Source: Candidatus Woesearchaeota archaeon
GTDB taxonomy: Archaea > Nanobdellota > Nanobdellia > Pacearchaeales > GW2011-AR1
Direction of reading: 5' to 3'
Length of the DNA: 28,226 nt
Assembly (NCBI GenBank): GCA_964591395.1
Contig: CAZQAV010000001.1
Coordinates: 1-28,226, forward strand
Positions within the stretch are counted from its first letter, which is position 1; each line of letters opens with the position of its first letter. This document shows, in pieces, positions 9,735 to 17,402 of this stretch. Both the position numbers and the translations under genes were made by a program. The notes beneath the pieces were generated by a model. It was not told the DNA's origin, did no database searches, and saw only the letters and a list, made by a program, of their open reading frames with translations.

Positions 9735-10191
9735 CTTTTTAAGGAAAATAAAAAAACAAAAACAATTAGAAATAGTTAAACCTAGCGAAGAAATCATGCA
9801 ATCTTATTTAGAAAATTCAAAAAGTTATATTTCTTCTGCAAAAATGTTATTTAAAGTTGGAAAATTAAAAGAACCTACACAATTAGTTTATTTTAGTATT
9901 TATTACTCTCTTTTAGGCCTTTTGTTTAAAATAGGAATTAAAAGTGAGAATCATTTAGCGTCTGCAATTTTGTTAAAAGAAATTTTTGATATAGATAATT
10001 CTTTTATTTTAGATTTTAGGAAAAGAAGAATAGAAACTTATTATCCTGATTTTGAGATAGAAAAAAAAGCTCTTAAAAAATTAATCCAAGACGCAGAGGA
10101 ATTTAATGAAGTTTTATTTGATTTTATTTCAAAGATTACAAAAGAAAATATTAAAATTTATCAAAATAAATTAAAAGATGTTTTAACCTAA
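9721..10191 (+). CDS. HEPN domain protein (COG1895-like), partner of the MNT protein
   Basis: Overlaps the MNT gene by 14 nt. Pattern YLENS..Y...A, YFSIYYSLLGLL..GIKSENH, RIETYY. Confidence 0.75.
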   Translation: MKISNFLRKIKKQKQLEIVKPSEEIMQSYLENSKSYISSAKMLFKVGKLKEPTQLVYFSIYYSLLGLLFKIGIKSENHLASAILLKEIFDIDNSFILDFRKRRIETYYPDFEIEKKALKKLIQDAEEFNEVLFDFISKITKENIKIYQNKLKDVLT

Positions 10192-10192
10192 A

Positions 10193-12355
10193 ATGCCACC
10201 TTATGAAAAACCTACTGTAGATGAAATATTAAGAAAGCATTCTGGTAAAATTGAAAAGCAAATGGCAGAAAGTGATGTTGGAGATTCTAATTATAGTAGT
10301 GAATATACAAAGTTTAGAGGGGAAATGTCTTCTAAATTATCTAGATATGAAAAATGGTGCCATAGTTTAGGTAATGTGATTAAATTAAAAGTTGCTGAAA
10401 AAGATGAAATAAAGATTAAAAGAAGTTTAGAGATAGCACATTTAGAAGTTGAGCCATGGCAATCTTTAACATTAAGTGTTATGGCTTTTGTAAGTGTATT
10501 TTTATTAGGATTGATAATATCTTTTGCAGTTGTTTTGATTAAAGGAAGTTTTAATGCTTTTCCGTTTTTATTTTTCTTTTTGATTATGATGTTGTCTTTA
10601 TTTTTGTTTTATTTTGTAAATGGTATTCCTGAACGTCTTGCAAATACATGGAGATTAAAAGCATCTTCACAAATGGTTCCAGCAATACTTTATGTTGTAG
10701 TATATATGAGGCATACTCCTAATTTAGAGAAAGCAATTGCTTTTGCATCTGAACATTTACAATATCCTCTTTCACTTGATCTTAAAAAAGTATTTTATAA
10801 TGTTGAAGTTGGCAAATTTTCTTCTATAAAAGATAGTTTAGATAATTATTTAGATGGTTGGAGAGATTATTCAACAGAATTTATTGAAGCGTTTCATTTA
10901 ATTGAAAATAGTTTATTTGAACCTGATAATGCAAGAAGGATAGTAACATTAGAGAAATCATTACAAGTTATATTGGAAGGAGTTTATGATAAAATGTTAA
11001 AGTTTACACATAATGTTAAAAGTCCGTTGACAAATGTTTACATGCTTGGGGTTGTACTACCTACACTTGGTCTTGCTCTTTTACCTTTAGCTTCTGCAAT
11101 GGTTGGAGGGATATTGCAATGGTATCATGTATTTATATTATTTAATATGGTTATTCCTTTTTTTGTATTTTATTTAACAGACAAAGTTTTATTATTAAGA
11201 CCAGGGGGATATGGTGAATCTGGTTTATTAGAAAGAAATCCTCTTTATGAAAAATATAAAGCTAAAGGGCATTTTTCAAAAGCATTTGCTATATGCCTTC
11301 CCTTTTTTATATTGGGTATAATGCCCCTTCTTTTTGGTTTTACACCTTTACCAGATATGTTAGGAATATCTTCTGATTTTAGTTTTGCAGAATTAGGCAT
11401 ATCTTTTTTTGGAGATGAAATGTTTTTTGGTTTTCAAGAAACAGCTTCAGGAGTTGCAGGGCCTTTTGGTGTAGGTGCTTTGATTTTAGGAATGTTTTTC
11501 CCTCTTGGATTAGCATTGTTTTTTTCAATGGCATATAAAAGTAAAACAAAGGAATTGATAAAAGAAAGAACTAAAACAAAACAACTTGAAAAAGAATTTA
11601 ATAATTCTTTATTTCAATTAGGTAATAGATTAGGTAATGGTGTTCCCCCTGAACTTGCTTTTGGAAGAGTAGCTGATTCATCTAAAGGTTTGATGACAGA
11701 AGATTTCTTTAGAAGAGTTAATTATAATATAAGGCAAATGGGTATGGGTGTTGAAAAAGCTGATTTTGATAAATCAAGGGGAGCTATTAATTATTATCCT
11801 TCTGATTTAATTTCTACAAGTATGAGAATAATGATAGAGTCTTCAAAGAAAGGTTTGAGAATAGCTGCTGTAAGTTTAATGAGTATATCTGAATATGTTA
11901 AAAATATTCAAAAAATAACAAATAGATTAAAAGATATGTTGGCGGAAATAGCGTCAGATATGAAAAGTAATATGACTTTCTTAGCTCCTTTATTATCTGG
12001 TATTGTTGTTGGTTTAGCTGCTATGATAACTTCTATATTAAGTAAATTAGATTTAGGGGCAGAAGCTGGTAATGAAGCTTTAATTGGGGGTCTAGGAAAT
12101 ATAACTCAATTATTTGAAATGGTGAATATGATTCCACCTTATTTTTTACAGATTGCAATTGGAATATATTTAATACAGATTATTTTTATATTAACAGGAA
12201 CATTAGTAACAATTGATTCAGGTGAAGATAAATTAGAAAAAATACATAAGACTGGAAAGAATTTAACAAAAGGAATTTTATTATATTTTATAACAGCTTT
12301 ATTAGCCATAACAGTATTATTTGTATTGTCTACAATTGTATTAAGTGGTTTGTGA
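10193..12355 (+). CDS. Pilus assembly membrane platform protein (TadB/TadC/FlaJ, T2SS-F family, probably two fused F domains)
   Basis: 720 aa with many TM segments. Motifs MRHTPNLEKAI and LGNRLGNGVPPELAF. Lies in the locus with the ATPase, pilins and prepilin peptidase. Confidence 0.85.
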   Translation: MPPYEKPTVDEILRKHSGKIEKQMAESDVGDSNYSSEYTKFRGEMSSKLSRYEKWCHSLGNVIKLKVAEKDEIKIKRSLEIAHLEVEPWQSLTLSVMAFVSVFLLGLIISFAVVLIKGSFNAFPFLFFFLIMMLSLFLFYFVNGIPERLANTWRLKASSQMVPAILYVVVYMRHTPNLEKAIAFASEHLQYPLSLDLKKVFYNVEVGKFSSIKDSLDNYLDGWRDYSTEFIEAFHLIENSLFEPDNARRIVTLEKSLQVILEGVYDKMLKFTHNVKSPLTNVYMLGVVLPTLGLALLPLASAMVGGILQWYHVFILFNMVIPFFVFYLTDKVLLLRPGGYGESGLLERNPLYEKYKAKGHFSKAFAICLPFFILGIMPLLFGFTPLPDMLGISSDFSFAELGISFFGDEMFFGFQETASGVAGPFGVGALILGMFFPLGLALFFSMAYKSKTKELIKERTKTKQLEKEFNNSLFQLGNRLGNGVPPELAFGRVADSSKGLMTEDFFRRVNYNIRQMGMGVEKADFDKSRGAINYYPSDLISTSMRIMIESSKKGLRIAAVSLMSISEYVKNIQKITNRLKDMLAEIASDMKSNMTFLAPLLSGIVVGLAAMITSILSKLDLGAEAGNEALIGGLGNITQLFEMVNMIPPYFLQIAIGIYLIQIIFILTGTLVTIDSGEDKLEKIHKTGKNLTKGILLYFITALLAITVLFVLSTIVLSGL

Positions 12356-12385
12356 GGTTTTTGAAAACATAAATATTTTTAAAGG
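12331..12385 (+). repeat. Direct repeat copy 1: last codons of the platform gene plus downstream promoter
   Basis: TACAATTGTATTAAGTGGTTTGTGAGGTTTTTGAAAACATAAATATTTTTAAAGG; 52 of 55 positions match 14525-14578. Confidence 0.9.
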
Positions 12386-12404
12386 AATTTATCTTTTGGT
12401 TTTT

Positions 12405-14099
12405 ATGAAAAGAGGAATCAGTGTTTTGTTTATTTGTGTTAGTTTAATATTATTAATTTCGATGCCTTTTGTTTCTGCAGGTTGGTTTGGAGATTTCTGG
12501 GGAAAGATTACCGGACAAGTTGTTGCTGATACATGTAATGATCAAGGAAATAATTTAATGGTTAAAGAAAGGTGTATAAATCCCTTATCTGGAGGAGGAA
12601 ATACATTATGGGATAGATGTTCTGGAGAAAATGTTCAACAAGTAGAATGTGTTGCAGGAGATGTAGAGGAGGTATGTGGTTATGTAACAGCCCAATCATG
12701 TGGTACAGGATATGAATGTTCTGATGGTGCTTGTGTTGAAATTTCTGCTGTTTGTGGTGATGGTCTTGTAAGTAGTAGTGAAGAATGTGATGATGGAAAT
12801 ATTGTAAATGGAGATGGTTGTTCAAGTACTTGTATAATTGAAGAATGTTCAAATACTTGTGATACTTTAGGATATGAATGTGGAACACATAATATTTGTG
12901 GATATCCTATGGATTGTGGTTCTTGCAATAATGGTTTTTCTTGTAATATAAGTGTTTGTGAGGAGAGAGCGTGTAATGATAGTGATGGGGGTTTTGATTA
13001 TTATAATGAAGGAATTTGTACAGATTCGACTGGAAATTTTTCAGATATTTATTCTGGAACAGCATTAGTAGAATATTATTGTTTAAATAACGGTTGTATT
13101 GCCTCAGCTCCTTTTGTTTGTGAACAAGGCCAAGGAAATGTTTGCTTGGAAGAAGAAATTGGGGGAGAAGATTTAGGGATTTACAATGGATGCTCTGAAT
13201 TAAATGGGCAGGTTCTTGATAATTTTGTGGGAGTAGGAGTAAGAATTACAAGTGAAAGAATAATATATTATTGTGATCCAATTAGTTTAGAATTTGAAAT
13301 TACAAAATCTGATGAATTTTCTTGCAGTGAAAATTATGAATGTTTATCCAATGATTGTAATTCTGGAATTTGTGTAGATATTTCAGAAGAATTAGAAAAT
13401 CAAGCAAGTTTTTTGAAAAAAATTTGGTGTGGTATTTTACATCCAATTGATGCTTCAAATAGAAATGATGACGGAGAAGATCAATCAAATAATCAGTGGT
13501 GGGCATGTGTTATTGGGGAGGATGGAGAATGTTCAAATACTTGTGATACTTTAGGATATGAATGTGGGACACAAAATATTTGTGGAGATTCTGTTTCTTG
13601 CGGAACATGTGGGCTTGGAGAAGATTGTATTGGGGGCTTTTGTGAATTCCCTCATCTTTGGATAAGTTCAGGTGCTGAATTAAAATCTTGTGATTTTTCT
13701 GGAAACTGCACAGATCATGGGGGCCAAGGAACTTCTGGTTGGTCAAAAGCTATTTATAATAACAAACTTTGGATTGGGGGACGTAATGGGGGATTAAGAT
13801 CATGTGACCCTTCTGGAAACTGCACAGATCATGGTATAAAAGCAGGAAATATAATAAATTCAATGGCTGTTTATAATAACAAACTTTGGATGGGAGATGG
13901 TGCTGGCCGTTTAAGATCATGTGACTCTTCAGGAAATTGCGTGGGAGAAGGGAATCATGGAGAAAATATTATGTCTATGATTATTTATAATAATAAACTC
14001 TGGTTGGGTCAATCTACTTTTGGTAGTCTTGGGCATGGCCGTTTAAAATCTTGTGACCCTTCTGGAAACTGCACAGACCATGAGGATCAAGGACGCTGA
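12405..14099 (+). CDS. Secreted Cys-rich surface protein (DUF4215-like repeat, Cys modules, first beta-propeller-like repeats), ended early by an in-frame TGA
   Basis: Signal peptide MKRG...VSA-GWF; CGDG...EECDDGN..NGDGCSSTC. ATG 12405 lies 21 nt after TTTTTAAA; the track start at 12345 lies inside the platform gene. Confidence 0.85.
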   Translation: MKRGISVLFICVSLILLISMPFVSAGWFGDFWGKITGQVVADTCNDQGNNLMVKERCINPLSGGGNTLWDRCSGENVQQVECVAGDVEEVCGYVTAQSCGTGYECSDGACVEISAVCGDGLVSSSEECDDGNIVNGDGCSSTCIIEECSNTCDTLGYECGTHNICGYPMDCGSCNNGFSCNISVCEERACNDSDGGFDYYNEGICTDSTGNFSDIYSGTALVEYYCLNNGCIASAPFVCEQGQGNVCLEEEIGGEDLGIYNGCSELNGQVLDNFVGVGVRITSERIIYYCDPISLEFEITKSDEFSCSENYECLSNDCNSGICVDISEELENQASFLKKIWCGILHPIDASNRNDDGEDQSNNQWWACVIGEDGECSNTCDTLGYECGTQNICGDSVSCGTCGLGEDCIGGFCEFPHLWISSGAELKSCDFSGNCTDHGGQGTSGWSKAIYNNKLWIGGRNGGLRSCDPSGNCTDHGIKAGNIINSMAVYNNKLWMGDGAGRLRSCDSSGNCVGEGNHGENIMSMIIYNNKLWLGQSTFGSLGHGRLKSCDPSGNCTDHEDQGR

Positions 14100-14321
14100 A
14101 TTAGGTCTATGGCTGTTTATAAAAATAAACTTAGGATAGGTCAACAAGAAGGAAGCTTACAATCTTGTGATTTTTCTGGAAACTGCATAGACTATGGAGA
14201 TAAGGGAGATGATATTATTTCAATGGCGGTTTACGATGATAAACTTTGGATTGGCCAAGATAATGGTCGTTTAAAATCTTGTGACCCTTCTGGAAACTGC
14301 ACAGACCATGAGGATCAAGGA
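14040..14321 (+). repeat. Identical 54-bp intragenic direct repeat (14040-14093 and 14268-14321)
   Basis: Both copies encode RLKSCDPSGNCTDHEDQG; spacing 228 bp. Confidence 0.9.
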
Positions 14322-14492
14322 AGCAGCATTAGGTCAATGGCTTTTTATAATAATAAACTCTGGTTGGGTCAAGGAGATAGTATTGGAGGGAATGATGGGG
14401 TATTACAATCTTGTGATCAATTAGGAAATTGTGTCTCTCATCAATATTATAATAAGATTATTTTTTCTATGACTGTTTTCCCTGAAGAATAA
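14100..14492 (+). pseudogene. In-frame C-terminal continuation of the 12405 gene (propeller repeats 5-7) after a nonsense codon
   Basis: Same frame as 12405. GGA CGC TGA ATT AGG TCT ATG parallels GGA AGC AGC ATT AGG TCA ATG in a later repeat. No promoter or RBS precedes ATG 14109. Confidence 0.8.
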
Positions 14493-14524
14493 AATTATTT
14501 CTCCAAACATTTATTAATTTTATT

Positions 14525-14578
14525 TACAATTGTATTAAGTGGCTTGTGAGGTTTTTGAAACATAAATCTTTTTAAAGG
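14525..14578 (+). repeat. Direct repeat copy 2: relic of the platform gene 3' end plus promoter
   Basis: TACAATTGTATTAAGTGGCTTGTGAGGTTTTTGAAACATAAATCTTTTTAAAGG, 2194 bp after copy 1. Confidence 0.9.
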
Positions 14579-14597
14579 GGTTTTTCTTAAGGTGTTT

Positions 14598-16457
14598 ATG
14601 AAAAAAGGTGTTGCTGTTGCGTTTGTTTGTTTGAGTATATTTTTATTAATGTCTATGTCTTTTGTTTCTGCAGGTTGGTTTGATAATTTTTGGGGAAGGA
14701 TTACTGGAAATCCGGTGGATACCTGTTTTGATACAGATAATGGTATTAATTATGGTCTTCAGGGAAGTTGTACTGGTCCTGGAACTCCGGGAACAGATTA
14801 TTGTATTGGTGCTTCAACTTTTAGAGAATATTATTGTGGGGGTGCAAGCGCAACTTCATGTGTTGCTGCAACATTTTCTTGTGATTCAGGACAATCATGT
14901 AATAATGGTGCTTGTATAACTGCTGGATGTGGTAATAATGTTTTAGAAGCTGGAGAAGGATGTGATGATGGAAATACTGTTTCAGGAGATGGATGTAATG
15001 CAGCATGTATGACTGAATCTTTTTTAGAGTGTACAGGAAATATCCCTTCTAATTATTGCGATCAATTTTATAATTCTCCTTGGGGATGTAATGGTAATGC
15101 GCCTGCTATATGCGCAAATAGAAATTGTAATGATGATGGGCAAGGAACCACATGTAGTGACTGTGATTTAACTGTAAATTCTTGTGCTAGTTTAACAACT
15201 GTAGCAAATTGTAATGCTATTCCAACATGTATGACTAGTTATGAATATTGTGGGGATGGGATAAGAACAGCTGGTGAAGATTGTGATGATGATAATAATA
15301 TAGATGGGGATGGATGTTCAATGGCTTGTGAAGTTGAAGCTGGTTATACTTGTGCAGGTATGCTTTCAGTATGTACCCCAATACCAGATATAGAATGTGG
15401 TAATAATATTTTAGAAGCTGGTGAAGATTGTGATGATGGAAATACTGTTTCAGGAGATGGATGTTCTGCAACATGTGGTTTAGAATCTGGAACATGTGCG
15501 GGAACTAGTGCTATGGGGGCTATATGTACTTTTCCATTTGTGGTTAATGATCAAACAGAATGTACAACAATAAATTCAGAATATTGTTCTTGGACAGGAT
15601 CTGCATGTGCTGCAAAACCATGTTCAAATTGGAATGGGGATATCACTGGTTGTGGAAATAGTGGATGTACTTGGGATCCTGCTGCAGCTCAGACAGTATG
15701 TGGAAATGGGATTATAGAAGGAACAGAAGAATGTGATGGTGCAAATACAAATTCTCAAACATGTAGTTCACAAGGATTAGGTTCTGGAAATCTAGCATGT
15801 AATTCAGATTGTACATTTAGTGCCCATAAATGTTCAAATACTCAAAGTAGTGGTGTTTGTGGAAATGAAGTTGTAGAAGGTAGAGAAGAATGTGATGGTC
15901 CTAGTTTAAATTCTCAAACATGTAGTTCACAAGGTTTTGATTCTGGACAATTAGGTTGTAATTCCTTATGTAGGTTTGATACTTCAAATTGTGGAACAGA
16001 TATTCCAAATTTATGTACTGATGAAGGAGATGAATTAACTATTAAAGAACGTTGTGTTGATTCTACAGAAACTCAATGGGATCACTGTTATGGGGAAGAG
16101 GTTGTAGAATATGAATGTAGTTCTGGAGATTCATGTGTGATATCTAATGCTGGACAAGCACGAGCATGTTCAAATGGTCAAACATGTCAGGACGGAGCAT
16201 GTATAGGAGACCCCTATGTGCCCCCTACAGGAGATTGTGAAGATAATGAATGCTTTTTAGATAATTTATGTTATCCGATAGGATACAGAGTAGGAGGGGA
16301 TTACTGTGAGATTACAGGACTATTTGTAAGTCAGTCAGCTCAAGGGGTTTGTAATAATCATTTTGAATGTTCAAGCAATCTTTGTGTTGATGGTGCTTGT
16401 ATTGAACCAGGATTTTTCCAAAGATTAATTCAGTGGTTTAGAGGTTTGTTTAGTTAA
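14598..16457 (+). CDS. Secreted Cys-rich surface protein with DUF4215 (Myxococcus Cys-rich)-like repeats
   Basis: Signal peptide ending VSA-GWF. Three CG(N/D)...CDD(G/D)N...GDGC units and two CGN..EG.EECDG..NSQTC units. C-terminal amphipathic PGFFQRLIQWFRGLFS. Confidence 0.88.
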   Translation: MKKGVAVAFVCLSIFLLMSMSFVSAGWFDNFWGRITGNPVDTCFDTDNGINYGLQGSCTGPGTPGTDYCIGASTFREYYCGGASATSCVAATFSCDSGQSCNNGACITAGCGNNVLEAGEGCDDGNTVSGDGCNAACMTESFLECTGNIPSNYCDQFYNSPWGCNGNAPAICANRNCNDDGQGTTCSDCDLTVNSCASLTTVANCNAIPTCMTSYEYCGDGIRTAGEDCDDDNNIDGDGCSMACEVEAGYTCAGMLSVCTPIPDIECGNNILEAGEDCDDGNTVSGDGCSATCGLESGTCAGTSAMGAICTFPFVVNDQTECTTINSEYCSWTGSACAAKPCSNWNGDITGCGNSGCTWDPAAAQTVCGNGIIEGTEECDGANTNSQTCSSQGLGSGNLACNSDCTFSAHKCSNTQSSGVCGNEVVEGREECDGPSLNSQTCSSQGFDSGQLGCNSLCRFDTSNCGTDIPNLCTDEGDELTIKERCVDSTETQWDHCYGEEVVEYECSSGDSCVISNAGQARACSNGQTCQDGACIGDPYVPPTGDCEDNECFLDNLCYPIGYRVGGDYCEITGLFVSQSAQGVCNNHFECSSNLCVDGACIEPGFFQRLIQWFRGLFS

Positions 16458-16502
16458 TTTTATTTTAGTTAGATTTATTAATACTCTTGCATTTTTTTTC
16501 TC

Positions 16503-16670
16503 ATGAATAGCCTAAAGGCCATAAATAAAAAAGGGATTATTAACGATTATCTTCCATGGTTGTTGATAGCAATAGCTGTTCTTGCTATTATTGTGATATC
16601 AATAATTTCTATGAAAGAAAGTGGAATTTCATTTATAGACCAAATTAAAAACTTATTGAGAATGAGATAA
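16503..16670 (+). CDS. 55-aa mini-pilin with class III signal peptide (not in ORF track)
   Basis: MNSLKAINKKG/IINDYLPWLLIAIAVLAIIVISIISMKESGISFIDQIKNLLRMR*. TTTATTAA ends 21 nt upstream; its stop overlaps the next ATG (TAATG). Confidence 0.8.
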   Translation: MNSLKAINKKGIINDYLPWLLIAIAVLAIIVISIISMKESGISFIDQIKNLLRMR

Positions 16671-16831
16671 TGGAATTAACAATATCAAATCTTGTTAAAA
16701 TGATCTTAGGATTATTTGCTGTGGTGTTTATTATATTTGGTTTTTATATGGTTTTGAAAGGTTCTATAGGTGATTTGTTTAGAGGTTTTACATCTGGAAC
16801 ACCTTTAGAATTAATTTTATCATTAATATGA
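16670..16831 (+). CDS. 53-aa hydrophobic pilin-like protein without a basic leader (not in ORF track)
   Basis: MELTISNLVKMILGLFAVVFIIFGFYMVLKGSIGDLFRGFTSGTPLELILSLI*. TAATG overlap upstream and ATGA overlap downstream. Confidence 0.75.
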   Translation: MELTISNLVKMILGLFAVVFIIFGFYMVLKGSIGDLFRGFTSGTPLELILSLI

Positions 16832-17295
16832 AAAACAAAAAAGGATTTTTATTAGCAGAAGAAACATTAAAGATAATTGTATCTGTGATTGCTATAACTT
16901 TTCTTATATATTTTCTTACCTCTTTATATAATATAAACCAAGATAATAGAGATTTAGAATTAGCACAAACTTCTCTTGAACATTTAATAGAAGAGGTAAA
17001 AGCAGAATCTTCTTCTGTAGATATATATAATCCTAAAGGATGGAGTATCTTATCTTGGGTAGAAGGAAATAATCCAAGATCTTGTTCCAATTTTGATTGG
17101 GAAAAATGTATATGTATGTGTGAAAACCCGTGGATAAAAGGAGAAAATAGATTTTTAAAAAAATGTGATGATGTAGGTTATTGTTTGGAAGCTGAAAATA
17201 TATCTATTTCAGATTATATTAATATAAATGAAGTTCCACTTAAATTAAATATTGTTTATGATGAAGAAGGAAAAGCAGATATAACACGAGGATAA
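16828..17295 (+). CDS. Pilin-like protein, class III signal peptide
   Basis: MKNKKG/FLLAEETLKIIVSVIAITFLIYFL; Cys-containing C-terminal domain. Confidence 0.85.
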   Translation: MKNKKGFLLAEETLKIIVSVIAITFLIYFLTSLYNINQDNRDLELAQTSLEHLIEEVKAESSSVDIYNPKGWSILSWVEGNNPRSCSNFDWEKCICMCENPWIKGENRFLKKCDDVGYCLEAENISISDYININEVPLKLNIVYDEEGKADITRG

Positions 17296-17297
17296 AA

Positions 17298-17402
17298 ATG
17301 AATTTAAATATGATGATAAAATATATAATCTGGGCTTTCTTTCTCGCTTTAGCTTTAACAGGTTTGTATTTTTTACTTAGAAATCTGGGGATAACAATAT
17401 GA
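17298..17402 (+). CDS. 34-aa single-TM microprotein (not in ORF track)
   Basis: MNLNMMIKYIIWAFFLALALTGLYFLLRNLGITI*. Fills the gap exactly, with an ATGA overlap with the next gene. Confidence 0.7.
   Translation: MNLNMMIKYIIWAFFLALALTGLYFLLRNLGITI

Noticed and set aside
2004-12355. Archaellum (motility) operon
   Set aside because: No FlaH-type RecA-like ATPase, FlaF/G or archaellin-like sequences were recognised; the pilins are short and diverse.
12345-12404. Track start of the 584-aa ORF at 12345, and TTG/GTG starts at 1998, 4337, 14592 and 26655
   Set aside because: They overlap the upstream gene, promoter or SD; the downstream ATGs fit signal peptides and promoter or SD spacing.
14097-14099. 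TGA as selenocysteine or genome-wide opal recoding
   Set aside because: The aligned position in other repeats is not Cys, and TGA is the normal stop of the ATPase, platform and radA genes in this window.
13653-14492. CRISPR array or diversity-generating retroelement TR/VR pair
   Set aside because: The repeats are in-frame coding units without unique spacers, differences are not adenine-specific, and no cas or reverse transcriptase gene is in the window.
9135-14517. Similar CCAAA(T/C)ATTTATTAA motifs after the S8 gene (about 9135-9149) and after the propeller gene (about 14503-14517)
   Set aside because: Promoter-like, but no ORF starts at the usual spacing, and a short AT-rich match is weak evidence in this genome.
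12331-14578. Insertion sequence or transposon
   Set aside because: The repeats are direct and derived from the host gene end; no terminal inverted repeats or transposase were found.
12562-15495. Antisense and alternative-frame ORFs rich in H/Q/Y/L (12562, 12680, 13300, 13510, 14662, 14821, 15235)
   Set aside because: Shadow ORFs produced by the TGT/GAT/GGA-rich codons of the Cys-rich genes; no promoters or motifs.
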